The notes: generated from the sequence alone by a model not told the origin. A DNA stretch of 64,000 nt from Octopus sinensis (GCF_006345805.1 NC_043022.1:992001-1056000); one strand, 5' to 3'. Positions 11,644 through 25,302 are shown, numbered from the stretch's first letter. Program-made: numbers and translations.

Positions 11644-12738
11644 ACTTCGCTTCCCCTCTCTTACTCTTCTCATTTTTCTTTTCCTCTTCCTCTCCCTCCC
11701 CTTCTTCCGCCTCATCCTCCCTCCCATCTCCTCACCCGTTTACCACCTCTCTCTCTCTCTCTCCCCCTCTCACTATATTCTTACTCTCTCTCTCTCTCCG
11801 CCATATACACTCACCTATTCAATGGTTTGTGTTTGCAGCAACGGAATTGTCTCCATCTTTCCCTGTCACTCAGTCGTACGTAGGAAGCCAACCAGGTCGC
11901 CTCCAAGTAGTGCTTCGACCTGTTAGACATACAAAAAAACCTAATCTTTCTCAGAAATTACTCTCTGTCGTTTTATAAAACGAAGGACAGACTGGATGAT
12001 GTAGTCCTCCAAAACACACTGTGTCGTTGAAAGGAGAAAAATAACGGGGAAATTAATGGCCTTAATACTTTGATTATTATCAGATCAATCAGGGTCTATT
12101 TGGGGACTTAAACAGCACGCAACAAGCTCGTTCGGTTTCATGACTTGGTTTCTAACAGAGAGAAAAGGGAAAAAGCGGGAGAGGTAGAAAGATGTATATA
12201 TAGAGAAAAAGAGTGAAGAGAGCGATAAAGGGAGAAAGACATAGGATCTATAGGGAGAGTGAGAGAGAAAGGCTAAAGCATATATTAGAGAGAGAAAGTG
12301 AGAATGAAGAGGGAAAGACCTGAGAAGCAGAAAGATACACGTAATTTAGAGAGAGTTAAGAAAGAGTGAAAGAAAGTGAAGAGGGAAAGGGAGCGGTAGA
12401 GGTAGAAAGATATATATATATATAGAGAGAGAGAGAATGAAGATAGTGGGAGAGGGAGAGAGAAAGCCTGAACGGTAGGGAGACTAATACATATATATAT
12501 AGAGAGAGAGAGAGAGAGAGCGAAAGAGTGAGAGTCAAGTGAAAACCTGAGAAGGTGAAAGATGCAGAGATGGGGTGAGAAAGCTTGGTAGGTAGAAACA
12601 CTGATACATATAGAGAGAGAGTGTGTGTCAAATAGATATATTAAGAGTGTGAGAGAGAATGAGAGGTAGCTAAAAGAAAGATAGTTAAAGAGAGAGGGAG
12701 AGAGAGAGCGTTTGGATCTGCGAGTGCAGGTCATCTAC

Positions 12739-12795
12739 TACGCATGCGCAAAATGCTCAGCTGACCCAGTAAAGGGATTTTTTTTTTAGGGCGGG
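12739..12795. promoter_or_regulatory. NRF1-like motif (TACGCATGCGCA) plus GC box (GGGCGGG)
   Basis: Both motifs lie in a CpG-retaining patch next to a purine/pyrimidine-skewed tract. Confidence 0.4.
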
Positions 12796-13759
12796 TGTTC
12801 GACTTTTCTTCTCTGTTTTTTCGCTGTATTTTTGGTCTTTTTTTTATTTTCAGTTTAATCTGACATTTCGACATTCGGAAAAGAAAATGATTTTGGTGTT
12901 GGACCGAAATTCGGGGTTCGAAGACGAGTCTATGAGAGACATTCTCAAATTGTAATTGATACTCACCCTACCTATTCAAAAGAAAAAACATTTATCCTTT
13001 TACTTGTTTTAGTCATTGCACTGCGGCCATGCTGGGGCACTAACTTGAAGGGTTTAACCGAGCAAATCGAACCCAATAGTTAATTCTTTTGTTAAGCCTG
13101 ACATTTATTCTATTGGTTTCTTTTTGTTGATCTGCTAAGTTGCGTGGAACATAAGCAAAATTAACAATTACGTGATGGTGGGGGATAAACACAGATACAA
13201 ACACACACACACACACACCAACATCATCCTCATCATCATCTTTAACGTCCACCAGGTGGACAATTTGACAAAAGCTGACAAGTCAGAGGGCCATACCAAG
13301 CCCTATTGTCTGTTTGGCATAATTTGGGACTGGATATCCTTCCTAAAGCCAACCACTTTATAGAGTGTACTGGGTGCTTTTCTCATGGCACCAACACTGG
13401 TGGGGTCACCAAGTAACTTGCAAGACAAAACCCCTCGATTGATTGAGGGAGTAGTATTGAGGAAGGTGGCTTTGAGCCAGTGGATGAGAGGTTACAAGAA
13501 TAATAGAGACGGGGGTGGGTCTTGCTGTGGAAGAGAAACAAGGATACCCCAAGAGGGAAAGAACGGAGAGAAAGAGATACTTAGGTAAAAAGATAGAAAG
13601 GAAGAGAGAGAAGGTAGTGGAGATGTATCAGGACCCTTCAAGGTACAGTGGAAAGAAAAATATAGGTCAGTGGTTCCCCAAGTGGGCAGTACTACCCCCT
13701 TGGGGATGGTGGTAATATCTAGGGGGTATTAAAGAAAAGTGGGACGATAATGGGGTGGC

Positions 13760-14295
13760 CAAAACAGGGCATATTTCCAAAGGTCTTGGTCACTAGTCAT
13801 TGCTTCGGTGAGGCCTAATGTTCGAAGGTTGTGCTTCACCACCGCATCCCAGGTTTTCCTGGGTCTGCCTCTTCCACAGGTTCCCTCAACTGCAGGGTGT
13901 GGCACTTTTTCACACAACTATCTTCATCCATTCTTGCCACATGCCCATACCAGTGCAACCGTCTCTCTTGCACACCACAACTGATGCTTCTTAGGTCCAA
14001 CTTTTCTCTCAAGGTACTTACACTCCGTCAAGTATGCACACTGACATTACACATCCATTGGAGTATACTGGCTTCATTCCTTGTCAGCTTACGCATCTCC
14101 TCAGCAGTCACGGCTCATGTTTCACTGCCATGTAGCATGGCTGTTCATATACATGCGTCATACAATCTGCTTTTTACTCTGAGTGTGAGTCCCTTTGTCA
14201 CCAGCAGAGGTAAGAGCGCTCTAAACTTTGCCCAGGCTATTCTTATTCTAGCAGTTACACTTTCAGTGCAACCTCCCCTCAAAGTGTAACTGCTT
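13760..14295 (-). pseudogene. RTE-clade LINE RT C-terminal fragment
   Basis: SVTARIRIAWAKFRALLPLL...RLYDAC...LHWYGHVARM...GRGRPRKTWDAVVKHNL; frameshifted. Confidence 0.9.
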
Positions 14296-14555
14296 GAATA
14301 AGAAAATCCTGGGCAAAGTTCACACACACATATATACAATTAAGAATTAGCACAAAGCATCAACCTATTGTTGTTAAAGTTCCAATTCAATGGCTGCAAA
14401 ACACTATAATAACACAAAAGAAGAGTAAGCGAGTAAACGGATAATATTAATAATAGTAATACTTTATTTCAAATGTGAGCATTCGAGTATTTGCTCATGC
14501 TTGACTGGGAAAACCACAAGTTTTTTTTATTCTCTCTGTTGATTTTCTCTCTCTC

Positions 14556-14591
14556 CTTTCTGTTGAAGAGCATAGGCTCGAAACATAAAAG
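14556..14591 (+). ncRNA. minimal type I hammerhead-like motif (family F2) in a PLE-terminus-like remnant (~14460-14692)
   Basis: CTTT-CTGTTGA-A-GAGC(ATAG)GCTC-GAAA-CAT-A-AAAG. The best copy is at 32702-32737 and a decayed copy at ~59950-59985. Confidence 0.55.
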
Positions 14592-15244
14592 ACTTGTTCT
14601 ATTTCTATTCCTGAGCGCCATACTAATACATTGTTTGTTTGTACCACACCTGCCTTCGTCTTCTGTTTATTTTCGTAAACCTTCCCCGTTATATATATAT
14701 ATAAGGAATAAAAGAATATATGTGTGTATGTATGTATACACAAATAGAGCATGGAGACAGTCATTAAATTTCACATAAAAACTGTTAAATGCACTTTATG
14801 TTCATATTCATTTCATGAGGTGGAGAATATCTTTGTCTCCTCACAATTGTGACCCGGTCACAGATACAGTTCTATTGTAATAGGAGCTTCTGTACATGTC
14901 TATGTATGTAGGCATGTTTGTATGTCTGTACATGTGTGTTTGTGTGTGTGTATGGATGGGTGAACATATGTGTGACTAATTGCATACACACACACACATA
15001 TGTGTATATATAGATATATATATATGGGGGTGTGTGATTACGTATAGAAGAATATATTAATAAAAGGAATTCCAACCTTGACTGATTTTCACGTTTTATT
15101 TACAATCTTATAATGATATAATATAATAGAATAAAATAATAGAATGTTAAATGTTCATTCTGATTGAACTAGTTCTTTCATGCATTAAATTATGCAATCT
15201 TCGGGTTCATGTAGTAGTGGTGACAGTCATGCTTCACAATTTTT

Positions 15245-15288
<44 letters not shown>

Positions 15289-15919
15289 CTATATAATATA
15301 TATATTTTTACATTAATCTGATGGGCTACTCCGTACTTTTGTAGACTACAAATTTATTTTTCTCTTTCAAAAATAGTGTTCACAGTGACTTCAAAATTTC
15401 GACCAGTTAAGACTCGTGTGTGTGTGTGTGTGTGTGTTTATCATCATTATCATCATCATCATCGTTTAACGTCTGTTTTCCATGCTAGCATGGGTTGCAA
15501 GGTTCGACCGGGGTCTGGGAAGCCAGGAGGCTGCACCAGGCACCAGTCTGATCTGGCATTGTTTCAACAGCTGGATGCCCCTCCTAACGCCAACCACTCC
15601 GTGAGTGTAGAAGGTGCTTTTTACATGCCACCTGCACAGGGGCCAGGGTAGGCTGGCAACGTCCACGATCGGTTGGTGCTTTTTACGTGCCACCAGCACG
15701 GACGCCAGTCAAGGTGGCGCTGGTATCGGCCACGTTCAGATGGTGCTTTTTACGTGCTACCAGCACGGGTATCACAGCTACAATTTCCATTGATTTTATT
15801 TTGATGTTGATGTACTTGACTCAATAGGTTTCCTCAAGCACAGCAGGTCGTTTGTGTATATATATATGTATGTGTGTGTGTGTGTGTGTGGTGTGTGTGT
15901 GTGTATGTATGTATATGCA

Positions 15920-16270
15920 GGCACAGGTGTGGTTGGGTGGTAACAAGCTTGCTTCCTAAGCACATGGTTCCAGGTTCAGTACCACCGCATGGCACCTTGG
16001 CTAAGGGTTTTCTTCTATAGCCTCGGACCAACCAAAATCTTGAGAGTGAATTTGGTAGACAGAAACCAAAAGATGCACGTTGTATATATATACGTGTGTG
16101 TGTGTGTATTTTTGTACACCCTCCATTGCTTGACAACTGATGTTGGTGTGTTTACGTCCCTGTAACTTAGCGGTTCAGCAAAGTGACCAACAGAATAAGT
16201 CCTGGGGTCAATTTGGACTACTAAAAGTGGTGCACCAGCATGGCCATAGTCAAATGAATGAAACAAATAA
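15920..16270 (+). mobile_element. SINE family 1 copy
   Basis: Head, internal microsatellite and tail as in other copies. Confidence 0.85.
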
Positions 16271-16419
16271 AAGAAAATATATATATATATAGATGTATGT
16301 AGGCTTCTATGTATATATGCGTTCAGTTTAGTATGTATATATGTGTGTTTACATGCGTATGTATGTATGAAAGTGTGTGTGTATATGTATGCATAAATTC
16401 ATATATACTCTTTTACTTG

Positions 16420-16790
16420 TTTCAGTCATTTAGCTGTGGCCATGCTGGAGCACTACCTTTAGTCGAGCAAATCGACCCCAGGACTTATTCTTTGTAAGCC
16501 CAGTACTTATTCTATCGGTCTCTTTTGCTGAACCACTAAGTTACAGGGACGTAAACACACCAGCATCGGTTGTCAAGCGATGTTCGGGGAACAAACACAG
16601 ACACACAAACATATACACATACACACATTACATAGAAACAATGGGCTTCTTTCAGTTTCCGTCCACCAAATCCACTCACAAGGCTTTGGTTGGCCCAAGG
16701 CTATAGTAGAACACACATGCCCAAGGTACCTTGCGGTGGGACTGAACCCAGAACCATGTGGTTCGTAAGAAAGCTACTTACCACACAGCC
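16420..16790 (-). mobile_element. SINE family 1 copy
   Basis: Reverse-complement match to the 57752-58160 copy. Confidence 0.85.
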
Positions 16791-17344
16791 ACTAATTTTG
16801 TGTGTGTGTGTGTATGTCTAACCTATTGTCAGTTCTATCTTAACTCTTATCAAGCAGATGTGTGTGTATGTGCATATATGTATGCATGTGTATATGTCTG
16901 TGTGTGTGTGTATGTATGTGTGTGCATGTGTGTGTGTGTGTGTGGATGTGTGTGTGCATGGATGTGTGTATGTGTGTGTGTGTGTGTGTGTGTTGTGAAG
17001 TGAAACATGTCGCAAAGCTTTTCTAAAATTTGTTCCTCAATTATCACAAATAACAATGACAGTTTGGTCTAGAGGTCACAGCGACACACAGAAACACACA
17101 CACACAAGCATAGTCATGCACATATGTATATATACAAACATACCCGCATGCAGGTTCATATGCATAAAATAGCTCACACACACATACATGCACACATACA
17201 GACAAACATGCAGTCACACACATGTATACACACACACACACATACATACATGTATATATGCATATATCCCAGCTTGAACAAACCCATGTACGCATACATG
17301 CAGATATACAGACAGCACACGGGTACGGACACACACACATATAT

Positions 17345-17755
17345 ATATATATATATTCTTTTACTTGTTTCAGTCATTTGACTGTGGCCATGCTGGAGCA
17401 CCGCCTTTAGTCGAGCAAATCGACCCCGGGACTTATTTTTTGTAAGCCCAGTACTTATTCTATCGGTCTCTTTTGCCGAACGACTAAGTGACGGGGACGT
17501 AAACACACAAGCATCGGTTGTCAAGCAATGCTAGGGGGGCAAACACAGACACACAAACACACACACACATACATATATATACATATATACAACAGGCTTC
17601 TTTCAGTTTCCGCCTACCAAATCCACTCACAAGGCATTGGGTGACCCGGGGCTATAGCAGAAGACACTTGCCCAAGATGCCACGCAGTGGGACTGAACCA
17701 GGAACCATGTGGTTGGTTAGCAAGCTACTTACCACACAGCCACTCCTGCGCCTAT
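17345..17755 (-). mobile_element. SINE family 1 copy, young
   Basis: Nearly identical to 57752-58160 in reverse, with CpGs retained. Confidence 0.9.
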
Positions 17756-17923
17756 ATATATACATATGTGTATTATATTATATATATATATATACACATA
17801 TATATATGTATGTATATATAGACCACACAATAAAGACATTTGTGCATATGTGATATATAGTATAAACACACACACACACACGCACACACACACACACACA
17901 CACACAAGCACACACACACACAC

Positions 17924-17967
<44 letters not shown>

Positions 17968-18249
17968 TAGACTTATATATACATACGTGCAAACTTTCAA
18001 AAACATATGCACTTTTATTCTTTCTGTCTTTTACTTGTTTCAGTCATTTGACTGCGACCATGCTGGAGCACAACCATTAGTTCAACAAATCGACCCCAGG
18101 ACTTATTCTTTGTAAGCCTATTACTTATTCTATCATTCTCTTCTGCTGAACCACTAAGTGATGGGGACATAAACACACCAACATCAGTTGTCAAGAGATG
18201 GTGCGGAGGATAAATACAAGACACACAAATACATACCTACATATATATG

Positions 18250-18640
18250 CAGGCACAAGAGTGGCTGTCTGGTAAGTAGCTTGCTTATCAACCACACGGT
18301 TCCGGGTTCAGTCCCGCTGTGTGGCACCTTCGTCTAGTGTCTTCTGCTATAGCCTCGGGCTGACCAAAGCCTTGTGAGTGGATTTGGTAGACAGAATTTG
18401 AGGGAAGCCCATCATATATATATGTGTGTGTGTGTGTGTTTGTGTTTGTGTGTCCCCACCATCATCACTTGACAACCGATGTTGGTGTGTTTACGTCCCT
18501 GTAACTTAGCTGTTTGGCAAAAAGAGACCGATAGAATGAGTACTAGACTTACAGAAAATAACTCCTTGGGTCGATTTATTTGACCAAAATGTGGGACTCC
18601 ACATGGCCACAGTCAAATGACTGAAACAAATAAAAGAATA
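18250..18640 (+). mobile_element. SINE family 1 copy (further partial copies at ~18030-18240, 18660-18820, 19400-19565, 21625-21880, 22975-23515, 25655-25800, 36420-36525, 41215-41795, 42175-42310, 46555-46700, 50470-50670)
   Basis: Shared head and tail sequences by direct comparison. Confidence 0.85.
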
Positions 18641-18818
18641 TACATATATATATATATATACAATAGGCTTCTTTCAGTTTCCGTCGACCAGATCCACTCA
18701 AAAGGTCTTGGCCGACCCAAGGCTATAGAAGAGGACACTTGCCCACAGGGTACCATACAGTAGGACCGAACCTGGAACCATGTGGTTGGGAAGCAAGCTT
18801 CTTAGCACTCAGCTATGC

Positions 18819-18865
<47 letters not shown>

Positions 18866-19064
18866 TATATAAATTCATGAAGATCTTCAAATATGTATAC
18901 ACACATACATATACACTCACACATGACACATAATGTACACATAATTGCATATACATGTGCACATGTGTAGATTTATATGCAGAGCACACACACACACACA
19001 CACACACACATATGCATTCACACTTGCAGACAAACGCTTGCACATACACACACATACATGAAAT

Positions 19065-19096
<32 letters not shown>

Positions 19097-19719
19097 TGCA
19101 TAGAAGCATGTACACACACACACATATACACATACAGATAGACATACTCACATGTTACATGCAAACTTATATCTGCACAAGCACACACACACACACACAC
19201 GCACACACACACACACACACACACGCACACACACACACACATAACACACACACACATGTAGAAAGACAGGCAATTAGACACATTGTCTGGGCTCTGTCTA
19301 GTTTATATTTACTTAAATAGGTGAAAGCCAGCTGCAAGGATCAAGCAGGCAGGAGTAGGGGTCGGTGGATAAAGAAGCGACGGGTGTAGAAGGGGCTGGC
19401 GTGGAGGGATGTGTGGCCTTGCGGTAAGAAGTTTGGTTCTTAACCACAAGGTTCCAGGTTCAATCCCATTGCACAGCAGTTTGGGCAAGTGTCTTCTGCT
19501 ATAATTCCAAGCTGAACAAAGCCTTTTGAGTGGATTTCATAGATGGAAACTGAAAGAAGGCCGTCATATGTATATACCATCATCATCATCATTTAACATC
19601 CGTTTTCCATGCTGGCATGGGTTGGACGGTTTGACTGGGGGAGCTGGCAAGCCAGGAGGCTGCACCAGGATCCAATCTGATCTGGCAAGGTTTGTACAGC
19701 TTGATGCCTTTAAAGTTGT

Positions 19720-20110
19720 GTAATATGACCAGCAGAGAAGCCATCTTCTCTTCTGGATGGCCATGTGATTCAGATGCCAGGTGCCTGGCTCCCCAAAACG
19801 GTCCTCTTCAATGCGACTGAGACTAGAAGCAGGCCTCATAGACATCCAAAACTTTGTTTCCATCATAATTTCAAGTGGTCTCTCATTTTATGTGATATCC
19901 TTCCCTATCTATTGAAGCCCCTAATTGTTAAGTGGAAGGCCTGGAGGTTCATGTGTGATGCTGAAGTGGAGCACTTTGAAACCGCACAGGAGATTGCATG
20001 AAGAGAGGAGATGTCATCATCAGCATCCTGTGGCTGTTATTTGGGGTCACTCTCAGCCCTTCTGTACCACAGGATCCACCTGTCTCATATCTGTCTTGTT
20101 GGCCACATCC
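19720..20110 (+). pseudogene. RTE/BovB-like LINE 3' fragment
   Basis: ...GHVIQMPGAWLPKTVLF...RPHRHPKLCFHHNFK...WKAWR matches the RTE C-terminal GHV.RM...LPK..F/Y pattern. Confidence 0.7.
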
Positions 20111-20559
20111 ACTCCCATGTGAAATAATGTGCTGGAGGCAGAGAAGGATGAATGTCTTGGACTGATGTTGTTATCATCTTTGCTGGGCTGTCATAATTAT
20201 AAAACAAGCATCATGTGACTGTGGGGTGACATCAGCAGCTGGGGAGCTGACCGGAAGAGGAAAGGGCAGGAGTGACGCGTGTGCAGGCAGGGGAGGATTG
20301 AGCTTTTTCGATCGGGGCAGCCGACAGAGCTGGACATGCAAGCACTTTGTCAAGGTAGGGGAAAAACAGCTGCTATTTCTAGCGTTTGCGTTGGGTCACA
20401 TGAAAGGGTACGTTACCACTGGAGAGGTCTGCATAGACGAAGAAAAGGTAGGTATCCTAATTTCAAATCTCCTTGCATACACCATAGTGACCGAAGCAGT
20501 TCAAACCATGGAAGTTACCCGCTGAGGTAGAACCGTAATAGTTGCTGTTCTAACATGTG

Positions 20560-21230
20560 TATTGCTTTACAGATGAACATAGTACATCATCTAATTCTGT
20601 GTTTGAACTGGGCCACAATTCCACAGAAGCAACCAAAAAATTTGTTACACAGAAGTCGAAGATACAAGTAATCATAGAAGTTCAAGAAATTTCACTCAGG
20701 TTGCAAAAACCTCAATGATCAAGCAAGGTCAGGTAGGCCTTAAAATTATGGATTCCCAGGTTTATATTCCAAGTCATAAACGCAAATCAGTGAGTAAAAC
20801 TCAGAGAGTATCAGGTGAGCTCAGCATCACACAGGTGTATGCCACTATGCAATAAAATTACTCAGTGTTGGTTAACAGAAAATGAGCTCTTTTGCGGCAG
20901 GAAAACACAAGGCATACTGCTGGAACAATGAGGAATAAACTCCAAGAACTTGGCGGAATCAAACTGACACCACAGCCAATATATTGTCCAGACTTTGCTC
21001 CTTTGAATTATTACTTGTTCCAAGCCATGGCTCATTTCTTGTCCAACCAAATGAAGGACAAGAACCGGTATTAACATGGGATCAAAGAATTAGCAGAAAC
21101 GTGGCCTCAGATGATGCAACACATTGGCTTCTACTTTTGAATGCTAGGCTGCTTTTGGTGTAACTTGACAGACGGAGCAAATAAGTAACCAAAATATTGC
21201 AAAAACTTTTGACTCATCATCAAAATTTCA
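20560..21230 (+). mobile_element. degenerate mariner transposon
   Basis: N-terminal ELGHNSTEATK-like segment and LTPQPIYCPDFAPLNYYLFQAM (the HPPYSPDLAPSDYHLF motif); TIR-like TTGCAAAAACTTTTTGACTCATC near 21200. Confidence 0.8.
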
Positions 21231-22429
21231 AGTCCATTTTCCATGTTGGCACCGGTTGGGACTGGTAAGGCCAGTGGCCACACCAGGTTCCATTGTCTGT
21301 TTTGGCACGATCTCTACAGTTGGATGCCCTTCCTAACACCAGCCACTTTACAGAGAGTACTGGGTGCTTTCTACGTGGCATCAGCACCCACACCAATACT
21401 CAACACAATATATATATATATACGAGAGTATTGTAGTTTGCTTGAAGCATTGTGTATTGTTTATAAAGAATAAAAAGTTATGAATGGTACAACAGTGCAC
21501 TATAATACAGACAATGGACTATATAACTGTTGTAATTTAGTCATCCATAGTCTGATATGATATTTTGGAATAGCATTCCTTCTTCAGATATTCTTAGATG
21601 GAGTCGCTGCTATAACCGATTATAAGTTTCCGTCTACCAAATCCATTCTCAAGGCATTGGTAGTCCCAAGGCTATAGTAGAAGACACTTGCCAAAAATTC
21701 ACACACACACATATATACAACAGGCTTCTTTCAGTTTCCATCCACCAAATCCACTCACAAGGTTTTGGTTGGCCTGAGGCTATAATAGAAGACACTTGCC
21801 CAAGGTGCCACGCAGTGGGACTGAACCCAGAACCATGTGGTTGGGAAGCAAGCTTCTTACCACACAGCCACTCTTGTGCCTATATGAAGTTATTTTTTTT
21901 ATTAAACATAACAAGTCCGGGAACTTTTGGACCCTATCTTGTAATTGAAGAAAAGGTACAGCAAATTTGAGCCAGGGTGTGCACTGAACAAAAGTTAGAC
22001 ATCAACTTCCTTACATTCATAGCTTGTCACCAAATGGTCCCCGAGTCAGTGGCCTAGAATTACACCAACAGCAATGGTGACTGGTGTTATCTGGCAAAAG
22101 AGATCTTTATTGGTAAGAGGTGGGGGGGAGGTCTGTGCACACCCACACACACACATGCAGACACACACATACACACCACACACATACATACCACACACAC
22201 ATACACACACCACACACACCCACATACACACACACCACACACACACATAGACACACACATACACACCATACACACACATACACCACACATACACACACAC
22301 ATCGTGCGATGACATAGATGGGGGCAACTGCTTCCTTGGGAACAGCAAATATTTTTTGGACAAACTGAAACGGATCGATTGTCTTGTTTACCTGCCAGGA
22401 CATTGTTTTGGTGTTGTGGATGGTGGTGG

Positions 22430-22668
22430 TGGTGGTGGGGCTATGGTGGTGGTAACAGCAGCAGTAGTGGTGGCCATGGTGGAGAGGTGATGTTGATGGT
22501 GGTGGCAGTTATAGTGTTGGTTGTAGCTGGAGTGGTGATAGTGGTGGTAGTGCAGGTGGTGCTGGTTATGGTGATGGTTCTGGTGGTGGTGAGGTGGTGG
22601 TGGTGGCGGCAGTAGTGGAGTTGGTGGTGGCGGCACTAGTGGTAGAGGTGGTGGTGGTAGTGGTAGTG

Positions 22669-22699
<31 letters not shown>

Positions 22700-22855
22700 T
22701 AGTGGCGGCGGCAGTAGTTGTAGTGGTGGCGGTGGCATTAGTTGTAGTGGTGGCAGCGGGGGCAGTGAAACAAGTGGTAGTGGTGGTTCTGGTGTTAGTG
22801 GTCGTGCCAGAGGTAATATGGTAGTGATGATGATGATGAGGAGGAGGAGGAGGAT
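22430..22855. repeat. compound (GGT/GTA/GCA)n trinucleotide tract
   Basis: Direct inspection; a similar (GAT/GGT)n tract lies at ~28855-29125. Confidence 0.95.
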
Positions 22856-23349
22856 ATAGTTCACTAACAGTGCTCAACAAATGCTTTTATAAGTTATAAA
22901 TTACTCGGGGCTATGGCATTTGCATGTTCAGTGAAAGAATATACAGACAAAAAGTTAAATTCTGATATATAACAGACACAGGTGTGGCTGTGTGGTAAGA
23001 AGTCTGCTTCCTGACCATGGTTCTAGGTTCAGTCCCACTGTGTGGCACCTTGGGTAAGTGACTTCTACTATAACCTTGGCCCAACCAAAGCCTTGTGAGT
23101 GGATTTGGTAGACGGAAACTGAAAGAAGCCCAATGTGTGTGTGGGTGTGTGTGTATGCTTTTGTGTTTGTCCCCCACTACTGCTAGACAACCGGTATTGA
23201 TGTGTTTACATATCTGTAACCAAGCAGTTCAGCAAAAGAGACCAACAGAATACGTACCAGGCTTAACAATAAGTATTTTTTTTTTGTTTTTTTTTTGTTT
23301 TTTCTAGTTTCAGCTCAGAGCTGCGGCCATGCTGATGCACCGCCGTATG

Positions 23350-23383
<34 letters not shown>

Positions 23384-23530
23384 ATATATACACAGGCGCA
23401 GGAGTGACTGTGTGAATAAGTACTAAGATTACAAATAATAAATCCTGGGGTCGATTTCTTCAACTAAAGACGGTGCTCCAGCATGGCCGAAGTCAAATGA
23501 CTGAAACAAGTAAAAGAGTGTGTGTGTGTG

Positions 23531-23580
<50 letters not shown>

Positions 23581-23683
23581 TACTGGGTTTGAGTCATTCA
23601 ACTAAAACTATTTCAATGAGGTGCCCCAGCTTGGCTGCAGTCTAATGGCTAAAACAAGTAAAAGATAAAAGATGTATTTATAG

Positions 23684-23722
<39 letters not shown>

Positions 23723-24042
23723 TGTAAATAAATTTGGATTACATTACTGCATATTTTAGTGATGGGGTAAAGCAGATTTGAACAGAAGACATGCCGTTTG
23801 CTTGGAGTAGGAGAGGCGTGAAACAGAAATTTTGTGCAGAAACATGAAGAAAACAGAAATTTACATGAAACAAGAGAAGCTCATAAAGAGCCAACTCAGA
23901 TGTCCGTTATCCTTGTTGCAGATAACTCAAGATAATTGCCTTTATATCATATAGACCCTGTGACATATTAACTTTCATGTCAAACATTCCTTTGAACAGT
24001 AAATATACAATAGTTTAGAATTATACAGGGCTGTTCAAAAGT

Positions 24043-25295
24043 CCCTTTTAGCCCTTGCCATTTAAACTGGTCATATCCAGTCTAAATGTTCTACCTGGTT
24101 TATGTTAGAACTGGCCAGATCCAGCCACTCACACCAACCTTACAATGTCTTTCTAAAAATAGACAATAATATCATTGAAATCTCAAAGCTATGAGATAAT
24201 GCATGATTCAGTGAAAATAATTTGAATAAAATAAGCCTGCATGCTAAAGAATTGAACCAGCCACATCCAGTCCAAATATTCAGTTTTTATGTTCAAACAG
24301 AAAAGATCTAAAGTCAAACTGATCAGATTTAAAGTCCAACCCCTCCTCAAAGCGGTAGAGTGGTGTAAACGGGCAGTGTCAGAGCTATGCAGTTGGGAAC
24401 TTCAGTTCCTGGTAGGGCCACCCAAGGCGGATTGGTCAGGCACCGAGCAGTATTAGGGCCATACTTATGGTGAAAATTCCAAGAGGCGTCTGATCAGCAA
24501 CCGGCGGCTTCGAGGTTGTTCTGTCCCTGCGTCTGTGGAGACTCCGCGGCAAACAGGGCGTCCCGTCACTCGGGATATGCATGCGGGATGTCGGGGACCA
24601 CTTGTGAATTCAATATTCCCACGAAACTTCTTCTATGAATCCTACTACTATGCTGTCAGGACCAGAGAAGAAGCCGGCTCAACCCGCCCTGGGTGAACAC
24701 CATCACAAGTACAAGTAAGGAAGATCAGATCTGGCCTGTCATACTTATGTTACATGTCATTTTTAAAATAAACAATTACGTCATTGAAATTTCAAGGTTA
24801 CGAGATAATGCATAATCGATTGAAAACAATGTGAATAAATATTACATTTGACAGAGTAATCTGAATGCTAAAGGTTAAACTAGTCATATTTTGCCCAAAT
24901 ATTCCACCTGTTTTACATTTTATGTTCAAACTGGCCAGATCCAACTTTTCATACCTGTCTAACAATGTCTTTCTAAAAATAAACTATCACCTCATTGAAA
25001 TCTCAAAGCTAGATAATGCATGATTAATTGAAGATACTATGAATAAATGAGGATTAAATTTGATAGCCCGAATGTTAAAGGGTGAAACTAGCTATAACTG
25101 ACCCAAATATTCTGTTTCATGTTTGATGTTTTATGTTCAAACTGGCCAGATCCAGCCTCTCACACTTACATTACAATGTTTTTTTCTAAAAATAAACGAT
25201 CTCAACATGGAAATCTCAAAGCCATGAGAATCCATGATTAATTCAAAACAATGTGAATAAAGAAGCATTTTCATTTGACAGATTAATCTGAATGG
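24043..25295. mobile_element. head-to-tail array of MITE family B copies, interrupted by a CpG-rich RTE-tailed insertion
   Basis: Repeated ~210-bp blocks, each ending in AATG(C/T)TAAAG(G). Confidence 0.7.
24330..24716 (+). mobile_element. CpG-rich non-coding element ending in an RTE LINE 3' tail
   Basis: 3' end GAAGCCGGCTCAACCCGCCCTGGGTGAA matches the LINE end at ~44697-44724; ends in CAAGTA repeats. Confidence 0.6.
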
Positions 25296-25302
25296 CAAAG
25301 GG

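Noticed and set aside
12854-12945. Plus-strand exon-like segment (MILVLDRNSGFEDESMRDILK)
   Set aside because: Weak donor, no recognisable homology and no compatible downstream exon found.
20200-20540. GC-rich ORF-bearing segment (20226-20525)
   Set aside because: No motif I can assign in any frame. It lies between LINE and mariner relics and is probably decayed TE.
24490-24520. CTGATCA followed by a stem as a hammerhead
   Set aside because: No GAAA after the stem, and positions 3 and 8 are not complementary.
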